Source: a virus (Duplodnaviria > Caudoviricetes). From it: 54,051 nucleotides of DNA. The notes under the pieces were generated by a model. The model did not search any database and was not told the DNA's origin. It saw only the letters and a list, made by a program, of their open reading frames with translations. The stretch covers positions 1-54,051 of the IMG/VR virus record IMGVR_UViG_3300025137_000052, one strand, 5' to 3'. Positions within the stretch are counted from its first letter, which is position 1, and the number at the start of each line of letters is the position of its first letter. Of this stretch, positions 17,921 to 26,110 are shown in pieces. Both the position numbers and the translations under genes were made by a program.

Positions 17921-18091
17921 CTAAAAGTCTGAAACTTTACACGTTGGTTTTTTGGGTCTTGTTATGAGAGGTTTACTTATATGGGGGGGTGGCTATGTTT
18001 CGCAGTCCGACTACCCCCCTTGCCTAATCTTCTTATATTTAATCTATGGCTACGCTACAGCCTATATAATACGTAGTTATTTTGTCAAAAC

Positions 18092-18120
18092 TTGACAGCT
18101 TTGTATAGTTATGACATAGT
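18092..18120 (+). promoter_or_regulatory. Putative sigma70-like early promoter P1
   Basis: TTGACA-17 nt-CATAGT with TG extended -10. Confidence 0.6.
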
Positions 18121-18150
18121 GTAATCAACCTCAAATGAGGTTATTAACTA

Positions 18151-18474
18151 ATGGAGGACATACATATGTCATACAAAAAAACGTTCGAGGGTAAGTGTTC
18201 AATATACATGAACACTGTAGGAAAGGTAGTACTAAAGGCTGACCCTGAGGGTAAGTGGGAGGCAAAGGATGCTGATAAGTTAGCTAAGAAGATGGTTGAC
18301 CTAGCAAAAACGAATAAAGCTAAGGTAGGCTTTTTCGAACCAGAGCAACCATACGGCACTAAGGGATATAGTGCGGCAATACTACACAAGGGAGGCAGTC
18401 CATATATGGCAATATTGGCTGACACTAACAAACCTAGTCCACAATCTAGAAGTAGAATTGTAAAACTAGGATAA
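18151..18474 (+). CDS. Early hypothetical protein A
   Basis: SD ggagg precedes MSYKKTF (likely start 18166). Confidence 0.75.
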   Translation: MEDIHMSYKKTFEGKCSIYMNTVGKVVLKADPEGKWEAKDADKLAKKMVDLAKTNKAKVGFFEPEQPYGTKGYSAAILHKGGSPYMAILADTNKPSPQSRSRIVKLG

Positions 18475-18485
18475 CTAACACAAAG

Positions 18486-18503
18486 CTCCCCCGAAAGGGG
18501 GAG
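18486..18503 (+). other. GNRA-tetraloop hairpin
   Basis: ctccccc-gaaa-gggggag; no U-tract. Confidence 0.7.
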
Positions 18504-18516
18504 TGGGAGAAAACAA

Positions 18517-18657
18517 ATGACAAAGATATATAAGAAGAGAAATGTATTAGAGTATGTAAAGAGTGGTCAGATAATACTAAAAGCATTTGATAACTACTAT
18601 GATAGGAAGAAGTGGATAAAAGATAATAAACATAGATACATGATCATCAACCCTTAA
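18517..18657 (+). CDS. Small basic early protein, 46 aa
   Basis: Not in ORF track; MTKIYKKRNVLEYVKSGQIILKAFDNYYDRKKWIKDNKHRYMIINP; SD gggag. Confidence 0.55.
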   Translation: MTKIYKKRNVLEYVKSGQIILKAFDNYYDRKKWIKDNKHRYMIINP

Positions 18658-18662
18658 CCAAC

Positions 18663-18709
18663 AGACCTGAACAAGTCTTTAAACTGTTCATTCTTTTTAT
18701 TTATTTTTT
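18663..18709 (+). terminator. H-type pseudoknot followed by a U-tract
   Basis: agac/gtct and tgaaca/tgttca crossing stems, then ttctttttatttattttt. Confidence 0.55.
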
Positions 18710-18789
18710 AAAAAACTATATATATCTACCATGGCTCGGGGGGTTACGGCTCCCTTATACAATCCTATATCGCTATCTCATAAGGAATT

Positions 18790-19140
18790 GTGTAAGGTTT
18801 TACCTAAAGTTGACACTATCTACACTATCTAGTGGTTACCTTACGCAGTCTTTAGGGTTTTATATACACAAACCTTACACCCATATGGTACCAACACGTT
18901 GTAACGTAAGGCTTACAGCCATGCATGTATAGTTATACTATCTAAACTATCTAGATTATCTATGTAAAGTAATGTCTTTGATACTATTTGCATTAGCTAT
19001 AGGGATATATAGGTTTTCGGGTAGCCCTACATAACCTTAAGGAAACTAGATAGTACAGATAGTTAAGGCTATCTTATTGATATATATAAGTTCTTACTAT
19101 CTAAATCTAGATACACATAGGTGCCCCATATCTAGATATG
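18790..19140. repeat. Non-coding region with iteron-like ACTATCT and CCTTAC repeats
   Basis: ACTATCT at 18815, 18824, 18937, 18946 and 19096; inverted at 19048 and 19057; palindrome catatctagatatg at 19127-19140. Confidence 0.7.
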
Positions 19141-19149
19141 CCCTGAAAC

Positions 19150-19178
19150 TTGACAAAAATTTTTTGAAATGACAGGGT
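19150..19178 (+). promoter_or_regulatory. Putative early promoter P2
   Basis: TTGACA-17 nt-CAGGGT with TG; same aaacttgaca…atgaca layout as P1. Confidence 0.5.
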
Positions 19179-19253
19179 TTGACCATGCCCAGAGCCACTC
19201 GCTCTAGGGCATAATATATAACTATACATACCCTGAGAGGGTAGGAGTAACAA

Positions 19254-19601
19254 ATGAGTGAAATAAAAGTAGATAAAGATAACTTCTATGTGTGCATTAA
19301 ACCAACTAACCATAAGGGTGAAGATGCCTTAAAGATAGATGTATGTGGCGAAGATGAAGAGAATAAATACCATGTCTCTGAGTCTAAGAAGTGTCATGAT
19401 GACATGGTAGCCATGAGTAACCACCTTAAATGTGGTATGGTTACATGGTCACCTAAGAATGCTATGGGATTCATACCTAGCATATCTCTCAACAAGTTTG
19501 GGAAAGCATACATGAAACTATCTGACGGTAAGAAGTCTACTGGTGGTAAAGCACCAGCTAGAGCGTTAAGTATCAAAGATGTATTGGCTATAAAAATATA
19601 G
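19254..19601 (+). CDS. Early hypothetical protein B (possible distant paralog of A)
   Basis: SD aggag; similar size and motif layout to 18151..18474. Confidence 0.75.
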   Translation: MSEIKVDKDNFYVCIKPTNHKGEDALKIDVCGEDEENKYHVSESKKCHDDMVAMSNHLKCGMVTWSPKNAMGFIPSISLNKFGKAYMKLSDGKKSTGGKAPARALSIKDVLAIKI

Positions 19602-19620
19602 ACAATGTGTCCTCCAAGAG

Positions 19621-19645
19621 TAGGCAACTAGACTGTAGTTGCCTA
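19621..19645 (+). terminator. 10-bp perfect hairpin
   Basis: taggcaacta-gactg-tagttgccta after the gene B stop; poor U-tract. Confidence 0.5.
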
Positions 19646-19681
19646 TTCGCTTAATAAAAACAACATAAGAGGTGATATACC

Positions 19682-19822
19682 ATGAATAAATATGGCAAGA
19701 AGTATTGGAAAGTAGAAATTGCATACACTCTCTCAAGAGATATACCTAGGAAAGTAGTTGGTGTAGAGATGAGTTGTGGTAACAGTAGCCTACGTGTAAA
19801 CAAAGTATTGAGGGTTAGATGA
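19682..19822 (+). CDS. Small basic early protein, 46 aa
   Basis: Not in ORF track; MNKYGKKYWKVEIAYTLSRDIPRKVVGVEMSCGNSSLRVNKVLRVR; SD gaggtg; ATGA overlap with the next gene. Confidence 0.6.
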   Translation: MNKYGKKYWKVEIAYTLSRDIPRKVVGVEMSCGNSSLRVNKVLRVR

Positions 19823-20022
19823 TGAGTAAATGTGCTTTATGTAATGATGATATAAACCCTAAGAGAGTAGCCTTAGGTTACGATACATGCCTTAGGTGTG
19901 GTGAGGTAGAGGCTCGTAAGGTTAAGCATACAGTCGTACCATTACATAAATCTAATTACATAGTAGTGAGTAATAAAGAAGACTTGAAAGGAATTAATAA
20001 CAAAGGTGGTAAGCATGGATAA
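19819..20022 (+). CDS. C4 zinc-finger protein (DksA/TraR-like spacing)
   Basis: CALCNDDINPKRVALGYDTCLRC. Confidence 0.7.
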   Translation: MMSKCALCNDDINPKRVALGYDTCLRCGEVEARKVKHTVVPLHKSNYIVVSNKEDLKGINNKGGKHG

Positions 20023-20223
20023 ACATGATCGTAAGGTTAGTGTTACCATGTTTTATTGTGTAGGTTTATATGGCTATGTTCCTACACGTGGGATAGGTGG
20101 ATATGATGACATTAAACTGAGCTTGGAAACAGCCACCTATCCTTAATGAATTACTAGCATGGGGCTAGTACAAGAGCCTATGTACGAGATGACATAGGCT
20201 CACCAACACATAGGAGTAAAACT

Positions 20224-21237
20224 ATGAGAGCAAGTGAACTGATAACTACTATCAAGGCATTGTTTCCGATAAAGAGAACATTGTGTATTGAGGGTAGTCC
20301 AGGTGGTGGTAAGACCACCATAGTGAGAGATGTTGCTAAAGAGTTGGGTGTTGGATACACAGAGCTACATCTACCGACCATGTTGGTAGAAGACTTTGGT
20401 GTACCATATCCTAAGGCTGACGGTAGCACACTAGAGTACAAGCTACCTGACTGGTTTCCAGCTAAGGGCAGAACAGATATACCTGATGAGGGTATCTTAT
20501 GCTTTGATGATAGAAACCAAGCTAATGCTGAGATTCAAAAGGTCTTAGCTAACGTATGTCAAGCAAGGACATTGCATGGTGTTGACCTTAAAGATGGTTG
20601 GCATGTGATATCTACAGGCAACAGGCAGAAAGATAGAGCTGGTGCTAACAGGGTGCTATCACATCTTCGTAACCGTGAGACTGTAGTTGACCTTGAGACA
20701 ACGCTTGATGACTGGATTAAGTGGGCTACTAGGAATGATGTATCACACATGGTGATGTCCTTTCTAAACTTTAGACCTGACCTGTTGCATGACTTTGACC
20801 CACAAAGGGAACAGAATCCTACACCACGGTCATGGGTTGATGGGGTGTCTGATATTCTAGGGGTTATACCCAATGAGATAGCAGAGCAACAAGCAATCAT
20901 GGGTGCTATTGGTGAGGGTGCAGGTGCAGAGTTTGTTGCATACTTGAAGATATGCAAGTCTATACCTGATCCTGATAAGGTCATTGATAGTCCTAACACA
21001 GCACCAATACCTGAAGAGGCAAGTACATTGTATGCCTTATGTGGTGCTATCGCTGATAGGGCTGATAGGAATATAGACAATGTTATCAAGTATTGTCGCA
21101 GACTATCTAGTGATACCGTTGGTAAGGCAGAGTTTTCCATACTGACAATGAAGATTGCTGTGAACAAGTTCGGTACCAAGCTACAAGGTAAAGAGTTTGT
21201 CCAATGGTGCCAAGATAACAAAGAGTATCTGTACTAA
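20224..21237 (+). CDS. MoxR-like AAA+ ATPase
   Basis: Walker A GSPGGGKT, Walker B ILCFDD, sensor TGN, arginine finger LRNR, PTPRSW. Confidence 0.88.
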   Translation: MRASELITTIKALFPIKRTLCIEGSPGGGKTTIVRDVAKELGVGYTELHLPTMLVEDFGVPYPKADGSTLEYKLPDWFPAKGRTDIPDEGILCFDDRNQANAEIQKVLANVCQARTLHGVDLKDGWHVISTGNRQKDRAGANRVLSHLRNRETVVDLETTLDDWIKWATRNDVSHMVMSFLNFRPDLLHDFDPQREQNPTPRSWVDGVSDILGVIPNEIAEQQAIMGAIGEGAGAEFVAYLKICKSIPDPDKVIDSPNTAPIPEEASTLYALCGAIADRADRNIDNVIKYCRRLSSDTVGKAEFSILTMKIAVNKFGTKLQGKEFVQWCQDNKEYLY

Positions 21238-21698
21238 TGGGATATCGTAGCTCAGTCTTGTGTGCTGTAGGGTTTAGTTCTTTAGATAAACTTACTGAGT
21301 ACATGACATTGCATAAGCTCAAAGACTATCCGTCTGATACTAGGTGGATTATTGATGAGTTTCTTTCTAAGGCTAAAATATATACTACATCTGGAGAGGC
21401 AACTGATGTTCACATAGCATTTCATATGTTTGATGATATCAAGTGGTATGAAAACTTTGAAGACATACAGTTTATGTCACGCTTTGTTTCAGGTGCGTGT
21501 GAGTTTGATGAGTCAGCAGTAGGTAGGATAGTAAGATGTGGTGAAGAAACAGATGATATTGAGCATACTGATTATAATAATGATGATGGTGAAGACAATA
21601 TTGATACGTTGCAGAGTTTGTTTTACCCAGTATCGCTAATAGAAATTGATATACCACATGATAAATTTAAAAAACTTAAAACAATAGGAGAGAAGTAA
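21237..21698 (+). CDS. Hypothetical protein
   Basis: MGYRS…KWY…RCGEETDD pattern; coupled ORF. Confidence 0.7.
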   Translation: MGYRSSVLCAVGFSSLDKLTEYMTLHKLKDYPSDTRWIIDEFLSKAKIYTTSGEATDVHIAFHMFDDIKWYENFEDIQFMSRFVSGACEFDESAVGRIVRCGEETDDIEHTDYNNDDGEDNIDTLQSLFYPVSLIEIDIPHDKFKKLKTIGEK

Positions 21699-22552
21699 TG
21701 GCAAAGTTAAATGAAAGTGCATTGCTAGTACAACTTAATGTATCACAGTGGACAGCTCGTAAGCTAGACAGGAAAGCTACTGACCAAGTAGCCCTTGCTA
21801 ACAACACAGGCAACCATGCTGGTAGATACAACAAGTCGCTACTACCAATGAATGAATACCTAGACAATGTGAAGAAGAAAACCACATTGATTAGGCAAGA
21901 GTATTATGACAACACACTACCATGGGGTATTGATGGGACAATGATACTACCATCAGCTAACTATCTAAACTTCATGAGTAAGTTTAGGCAGTACAAGTCT
22001 GAATGGGTTGAGCTAGTGGACAAGTTTATACTAGCGTATCCACAGTTGCAGTTGAATGCACAAAGGTATCTAGGGGATTTGTATAACCCCAATGACTACC
22101 CAAGTGTGAATGACATAAGCAGTAAATTCAGTATGGAAATGACTGTGCTACCAGTACCATCTGATGACTTCAGAGTTGGTATTGATGAACAAGAACTTGC
22201 AGAGATACAGCAACAAGTTGAGGTAAGAGTACAACAGTCTACTCAAGTTGCTATGCAAGAGGCATGGAAGAGATTGTACGACAAGGTAAAGCACATGGCT
22301 GAGAAATTGTCGGACACTAAGGGTGTGTTTAGGGACACTATGATTGATAACATCAAAGACATATGTGATGTATTGAAAAGACTTAATGTAACTAATGACC
22401 AAAACTTAGAGGGCATACGTCAACAAGTTGAGGACACACTAGCAAACAACAACCCTGAAAGTTTGCGATTAGACTTAGACTTAAGGCAACGTAAGTCAAG
22501 TGAGGCTAAGGATATCATGAACAAGATGGGTGCATTTATGGGAAACAAATGA
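21698..22552 (+). CDS. Coiled-coil phage protein (DUF3150-like)
   Basis: LVQLNVSQWTARKLD…TLPW…DYPS motifs; lies between the AAA and vWA genes. Confidence 0.7.
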   Translation: MAKLNESALLVQLNVSQWTARKLDRKATDQVALANNTGNHAGRYNKSLLPMNEYLDNVKKKTTLIRQEYYDNTLPWGIDGTMILPSANYLNFMSKFRQYKSEWVELVDKFILAYPQLQLNAQRYLGDLYNPNDYPSVNDISSKFSMEMTVLPVPSDDFRVGIDEQELAEIQQQVEVRVQQSTQVAMQEAWKRLYDKVKHMAEKLSDTKGVFRDTMIDNIKDICDVLKRLNVTNDQNLEGIRQQVEDTLANNNPESLRLDLDLRQRKSSEAKDIMNKMGAFMGNK

Positions 22553-23685
22553 TGAATAAAGATAAACGGCTAAGTAAAGCTAAGTCACAACTGATACTCA
22601 CCTACCCATTTATAGGTAGTATTGCTTTCGGTTTACCAGTTATATGGGATGAGAATGTACCGACAGCATGTACCAATGGTGAAGACATTAGATTCAACCC
22701 CAAGTGGGTAGATGAAATGGATGATGATGAGCTTAAGTTTGTACTAGCACATGAGTGTCTACACCCTATGTTTGAGCATTGCTTTCGCAGAGGTAAGAGA
22801 GACCCATACAAGTGGAACATGGCTGGTGATTATGTAATCAATCAGCTATTGATCGAGGATGGTGTAGGTAAAATGCCTAAGTGTGGTGGTCTGCATGACA
22901 GACAGCTACATGAGAAAGGTGGTGGTACTACTGAGGGTATCTACAATATCCTACCTGATGTGCCTAAAGAAGAACAAGGGCAAGGTGGTGAAGGTATGCC
23001 ACTAGATGAGTGTGGTGATGGTGGTGTTAGCGAATCAGACAAAGCAAGGAAACAAGCTGAGTGGAAAGTTAAAGTATCACAATCAGCTCAGGCTACTAAG
23101 ATGATGGGTAAGATGACAGCTGGTTTGGAAAGAATAGTTGGTGCTATGCTTAAACCTATTGTGGATTGGCGAGAAGTCTTACATAGATTTGTTGTCAAGG
23201 CTAGAACTGATGAGAGAACATATGCTAGACCGAACAGAAGATTTCTACCACAAGGATTGTACTTGCCTAGTGTATCAGGTGAGGCAATGGGTGAGCTAGT
23301 GTTTGCTGTAGATTGCTCAGGCTCTATTGGTCAAGATGAACTAGACCAGTTTGCTAGTGAGATAACTACTGTATGGCAAGACCAATCACCAACAAGTGTA
23401 CATGTAATCTACTTCGACAGTAGCGTGTGCCACTATGACAGATTCGACAAAGGAAGTGATGAGCCTATCATCAAGCCACATGGTGGTGGTGGTACAGCAT
23501 TCAGTCCTGTGTTTGAGTACATGGATAAGAATGACATATGCCCTGTGGCGTGTGTGTTTCTTACAGACCTCTACTGTGATGACTTCGGTACAGAGCCAGC
23601 GTGTCCTGTATTGTGGGTGTCAACAGCTAGAGAGAAACAAGATGTGCCTTTTGGCGAGGTAGTCAAAATGCATGATGAAAGATAA
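22549..23685 (+). CDS. Metallopeptidase-vWA protein (DUF2201-like)
   Basis: HECLH (HExxH), WNMAGDYVIN, MIDAS DCSGS, GGGGT, FLTD. Confidence 0.88.
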   Translation: MMNKDKRLSKAKSQLILTYPFIGSIAFGLPVIWDENVPTACTNGEDIRFNPKWVDEMDDDELKFVLAHECLHPMFEHCFRRGKRDPYKWNMAGDYVINQLLIEDGVGKMPKCGGLHDRQLHEKGGGTTEGIYNILPDVPKEEQGQGGEGMPLDECGDGGVSESDKARKQAEWKVKVSQSAQATKMMGKMTAGLERIVGAMLKPIVDWREVLHRFVVKARTDERTYARPNRRFLPQGLYLPSVSGEAMGELVFAVDCSGSIGQDELDQFASEITTVWQDQSPTSVHVIYFDSSVCHYDRFDKGSDEPIIKPHGGGGTAFSPVFEYMDKNDICPVACVFLTDLYCDDFGTEPACPVLWVSTAREKQDVPFGEVVKMHDER

Positions 23686-23705
23686 CTATAACCAAGGAGT
23701 AAATT

Positions 23706-24443
23706 ATGGCAACAGTTAGACTAAGTGAGAGTCTTAAATCAGAAATTCTTAGAAACGCTAGAGATGTGCATGCTAAGAGGATAAGAAAACTAAAAGAAGA
23801 TAACCCTAGACCTGAGAGTTGGGGACAGAGAATCTATGACACTCTTGTACCACAAGAGCTGAAGAATAAACTAAATCAAGTACCATCAGACTGGTTTCAA
23901 AATACAGTAGGTGTATCTATGGAGGGTTGGCAATCAAGAGATAGTTCAGAAGTAAATCAGGCTATAGTAGATAGTCTAACAATAACACGAGATGAGCAAC
24001 TTGGTGATTACCCATATGATGTAGAAGACAATGATTATTTCTACAATCATTTGAAGTGGGATATAGCCAGTCAAGTCAGACCTGTTAAAGGAGAGAACTC
24101 AGGGCTCATAGGTGGTGGGTATGATTACAAGATAGACATAGATGACAGTAGGTTTGCTTGGCTACGCAAAGAGTATGCTGAGTGGGTAAAGCCTTTCAAA
24201 GAACTACTCAATGAGAGAAAAGTGTACATGGATAATGTCAGAGCATTGCTAGAATCACACAAGACACTAGCACCAATGCTTAAGAAGTGGGATGGCTTAT
24301 GGGAACTTGTACCTGAAACTACTAAGACAAGACACAAAGAAGTGTATGAAAGACCTACACCTGAACAGCTAGATGATAAGACTAAAGACATAGACTTTGA
24401 TTCTCTGACAGCAACAACAACAATTAACAAACTAATGGAGTAA
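23706..24443 (+). CDS. Hypothetical protein
   Basis: 245-aa ORF with SD aggag. Confidence 0.75.
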   Translation: MATVRLSESLKSEILRNARDVHAKRIRKLKEDNPRPESWGQRIYDTLVPQELKNKLNQVPSDWFQNTVGVSMEGWQSRDSSEVNQAIVDSLTITRDEQLGDYPYDVEDNDYFYNHLKWDIASQVRPVKGENSGLIGGGYDYKIDIDDSRFAWLRKEYAEWVKPFKELLNERKVYMDNVRALLESHKTLAPMLKKWDGLWELVPETTKTRHKEVYERPTPEQLDDKTKDIDFDSLTATTTINKLME

Positions 24444-24446
24444 GTA

Positions 24447-25526
24447 ATGAGTATATTTGGAAGTACATATTTTGATGATGATAAGAAAATAATGAGCACT
24501 AACTTTAAGAATGCTAATGATTATTACATTAACAATGAATGTAAGTATCCCAGTATGGACTGGAACAGTCTAAATGGGATCTTAAATACATGTAGAAACA
24601 GACAAAAAGGTAAGCCTATTAGCTCATGGGGTAGACTCAAAGAAGATGACAATGGAGATATATATCTAGCACTATCGTATTATGGTGAAAGTGAGTATCG
24701 AGCATGGAGTGTATCTAAAAATAACATAGTTACATTTCACCAAGAGTCTAGTAGAACAGGTGGTCAAACACTTGTAAGCTCTATGCCTAGATTCTTTCCT
24801 GTATCTTTTCACAGGCAAGCAACGAATGACTATAGAGTTTACTTTGGTTGGGATTTATATATACATAAGAAAAGACTAGCAATACACAAGATAAATACTG
24901 AGCGTGTAGCTACAGATAACTGGGACTTAGAGTCTCATATGAGTAAATCTTTCTATGGAAAAGCCCCTTATGTGTACAAAGGATTGCAGTACGACTTAAA
25001 CACAAACGAGTTTATCAATGCTAAACCTATGAGCAAGTCCGAAGAGTACCCTGAGAAACGAAAAGAATGGAGAGCCATGCTGACTAATCACAAACGAGTA
25101 CTCAAATCTATGATAAGTATTGGTATGCTAGATAAACTTATGAGTGAAATAGATGATGAGAAAATGTCAGAACTTACTAAGGTTTTCAACTGGTATGGAA
25201 TACCTTGGAACAGGAAAGATATAGTCAAGTACGTGACAACATGTATGGCTAAAGATGATATACCTCAGGAGTTACTAGGCATGTATGCATTTCACTTCGC
25301 TGTTTCACACAACTGGCGTAGGCGAGCAGTGAATCCCAATACCGTAGATGGTTTCTTTCAAGACTATGGATTTGCATTTAAACAATACCTAGGAGTATTT
25401 AAAACCCTTGGGTATAAGCACAGTAGCCCAACAAGAGTTCATCTAAATTCGGATATAAGAGAGAAAGACCATACACTAGATGAAATATTAAACCTATTTA
25501 AAACAAAGGAGAAAGACAATGAGTAG
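24447..25526 (+). CDS. Hypothetical protein
   Basis: 359-aa ORF with SD ggag. Confidence 0.75.
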   Translation: MSIFGSTYFDDDKKIMSTNFKNANDYYINNECKYPSMDWNSLNGILNTCRNRQKGKPISSWGRLKEDDNGDIYLALSYYGESEYRAWSVSKNNIVTFHQESSRTGGQTLVSSMPRFFPVSFHRQATNDYRVYFGWDLYIHKKRLAIHKINTERVATDNWDLESHMSKSFYGKAPYVYKGLQYDLNTNEFINAKPMSKSEEYPEKRKEWRAMLTNHKRVLKSMISIGMLDKLMSEIDDEKMSELTKVFNWYGIPWNRKDIVKYVTTCMAKDDIPQELLGMYAFHFAVSHNWRRRAVNPNTVDGFFQDYGFAFKQYLGVFKTLGYKHSSPTRVHLNSDIREKDHTLDEILNLFKTKEKDNE

Positions 25527-25704
25527 TGAAAAAGATGTGGACAAAGTAAACATAGCAGTGTGTGATTGTACTAATGGAGAGGTAACTCTCTATTGGAAAA
25601 TACAATTAATACTAGGTAAAGAAGAGGAGTGGGTAAGTGAAAGGCACAACATAAGTAATTGTTCGTGGGCTACATTTACATCAGTTAGAGAGGTAATACT
25701 ATGA
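25519..25704 (+). CDS. Hypothetical protein
   Basis: Coupled small ORF with SD aggag. Confidence 0.55.
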   Translation: MSSEKDVDKVNIAVCDCTNGEVTLYWKIQLILGKEEEWVSERHNISNCSWATFTSVREVIL

Positions 25705-25886
25705 CAGCGTATAACATGATAGCAGAAGAGGATATGTGCAAATCAAACATACTTCAAATCGCTATCAGAAGAAGAGTACTGATAGACACAGTTAAAGTAA
25801 TCTTAACAGACAGCATATCAAAAGGTGAAAGCATAGAGCCTAACCGTTTGTATGAAACAATAATAAAAATGGAGAAGAAAGTATGA
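25701..25886 (+). CDS. Hypothetical protein
   Basis: Coupled small ORF with SD gaggt. Confidence 0.55.
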   Translation: MTAYNMIAEEDMCKSNILQIAIRRRVLIDTVKVILTDSISKGESIEPNRLYETIIKMEKKV

Positions 25887-26110
25887 GTAGTATGACAGGC
25901 GAGTGGTGTTGCACTGAGTGTGGCTCGTACAATGCGTACCAAGAAACATTTAGTGATGATGAGGTAGGACACATTATGGGCTGTAATGATTGTGGTTACT
26001 ATGATGTATACAGAGAGAACGCAGATACAGGGGATATAATAGAAGAGTATCAAGGGCATGGACATTACTATGCCCAAGAGGATAAAGATAATAAGGAGAA
26101 AGACAAATGA
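25883..26110 (+). CDS. Zinc-ribbon protein
   Basis: CTECG…CNDCGY. Confidence 0.65.
   Translation: MSSMTGEWCCTECGSYNAYQETFSDDEVGHIMGCNDCGYYDVYRENADTGDIIEEYQGHGHYYAQEDKDNKEKDK

Noticed and set aside
18790-19140. Possible CRISPR or mini-array
   Set aside because: Repeats are only 6-9 nt, in both orientations, with no repeat-spacer periodicity. The Cas4-like nuclease sits in a normal replication context.
20103-20133. atgatga…ctga and gaaa, resembling a C/D box or hammerhead core
   Set aside because: No CUGANGA-stem II-GAAA arrangement or required flanking stems could be built.
20015-20146. 43-aa ORF MDKHDRKVSV… overlapping the structured leader
   Set aside because: Runs through a long hairpin, and hydrophobic segments are split across frames; it may be a decayed gene, but support is insufficient to call it.
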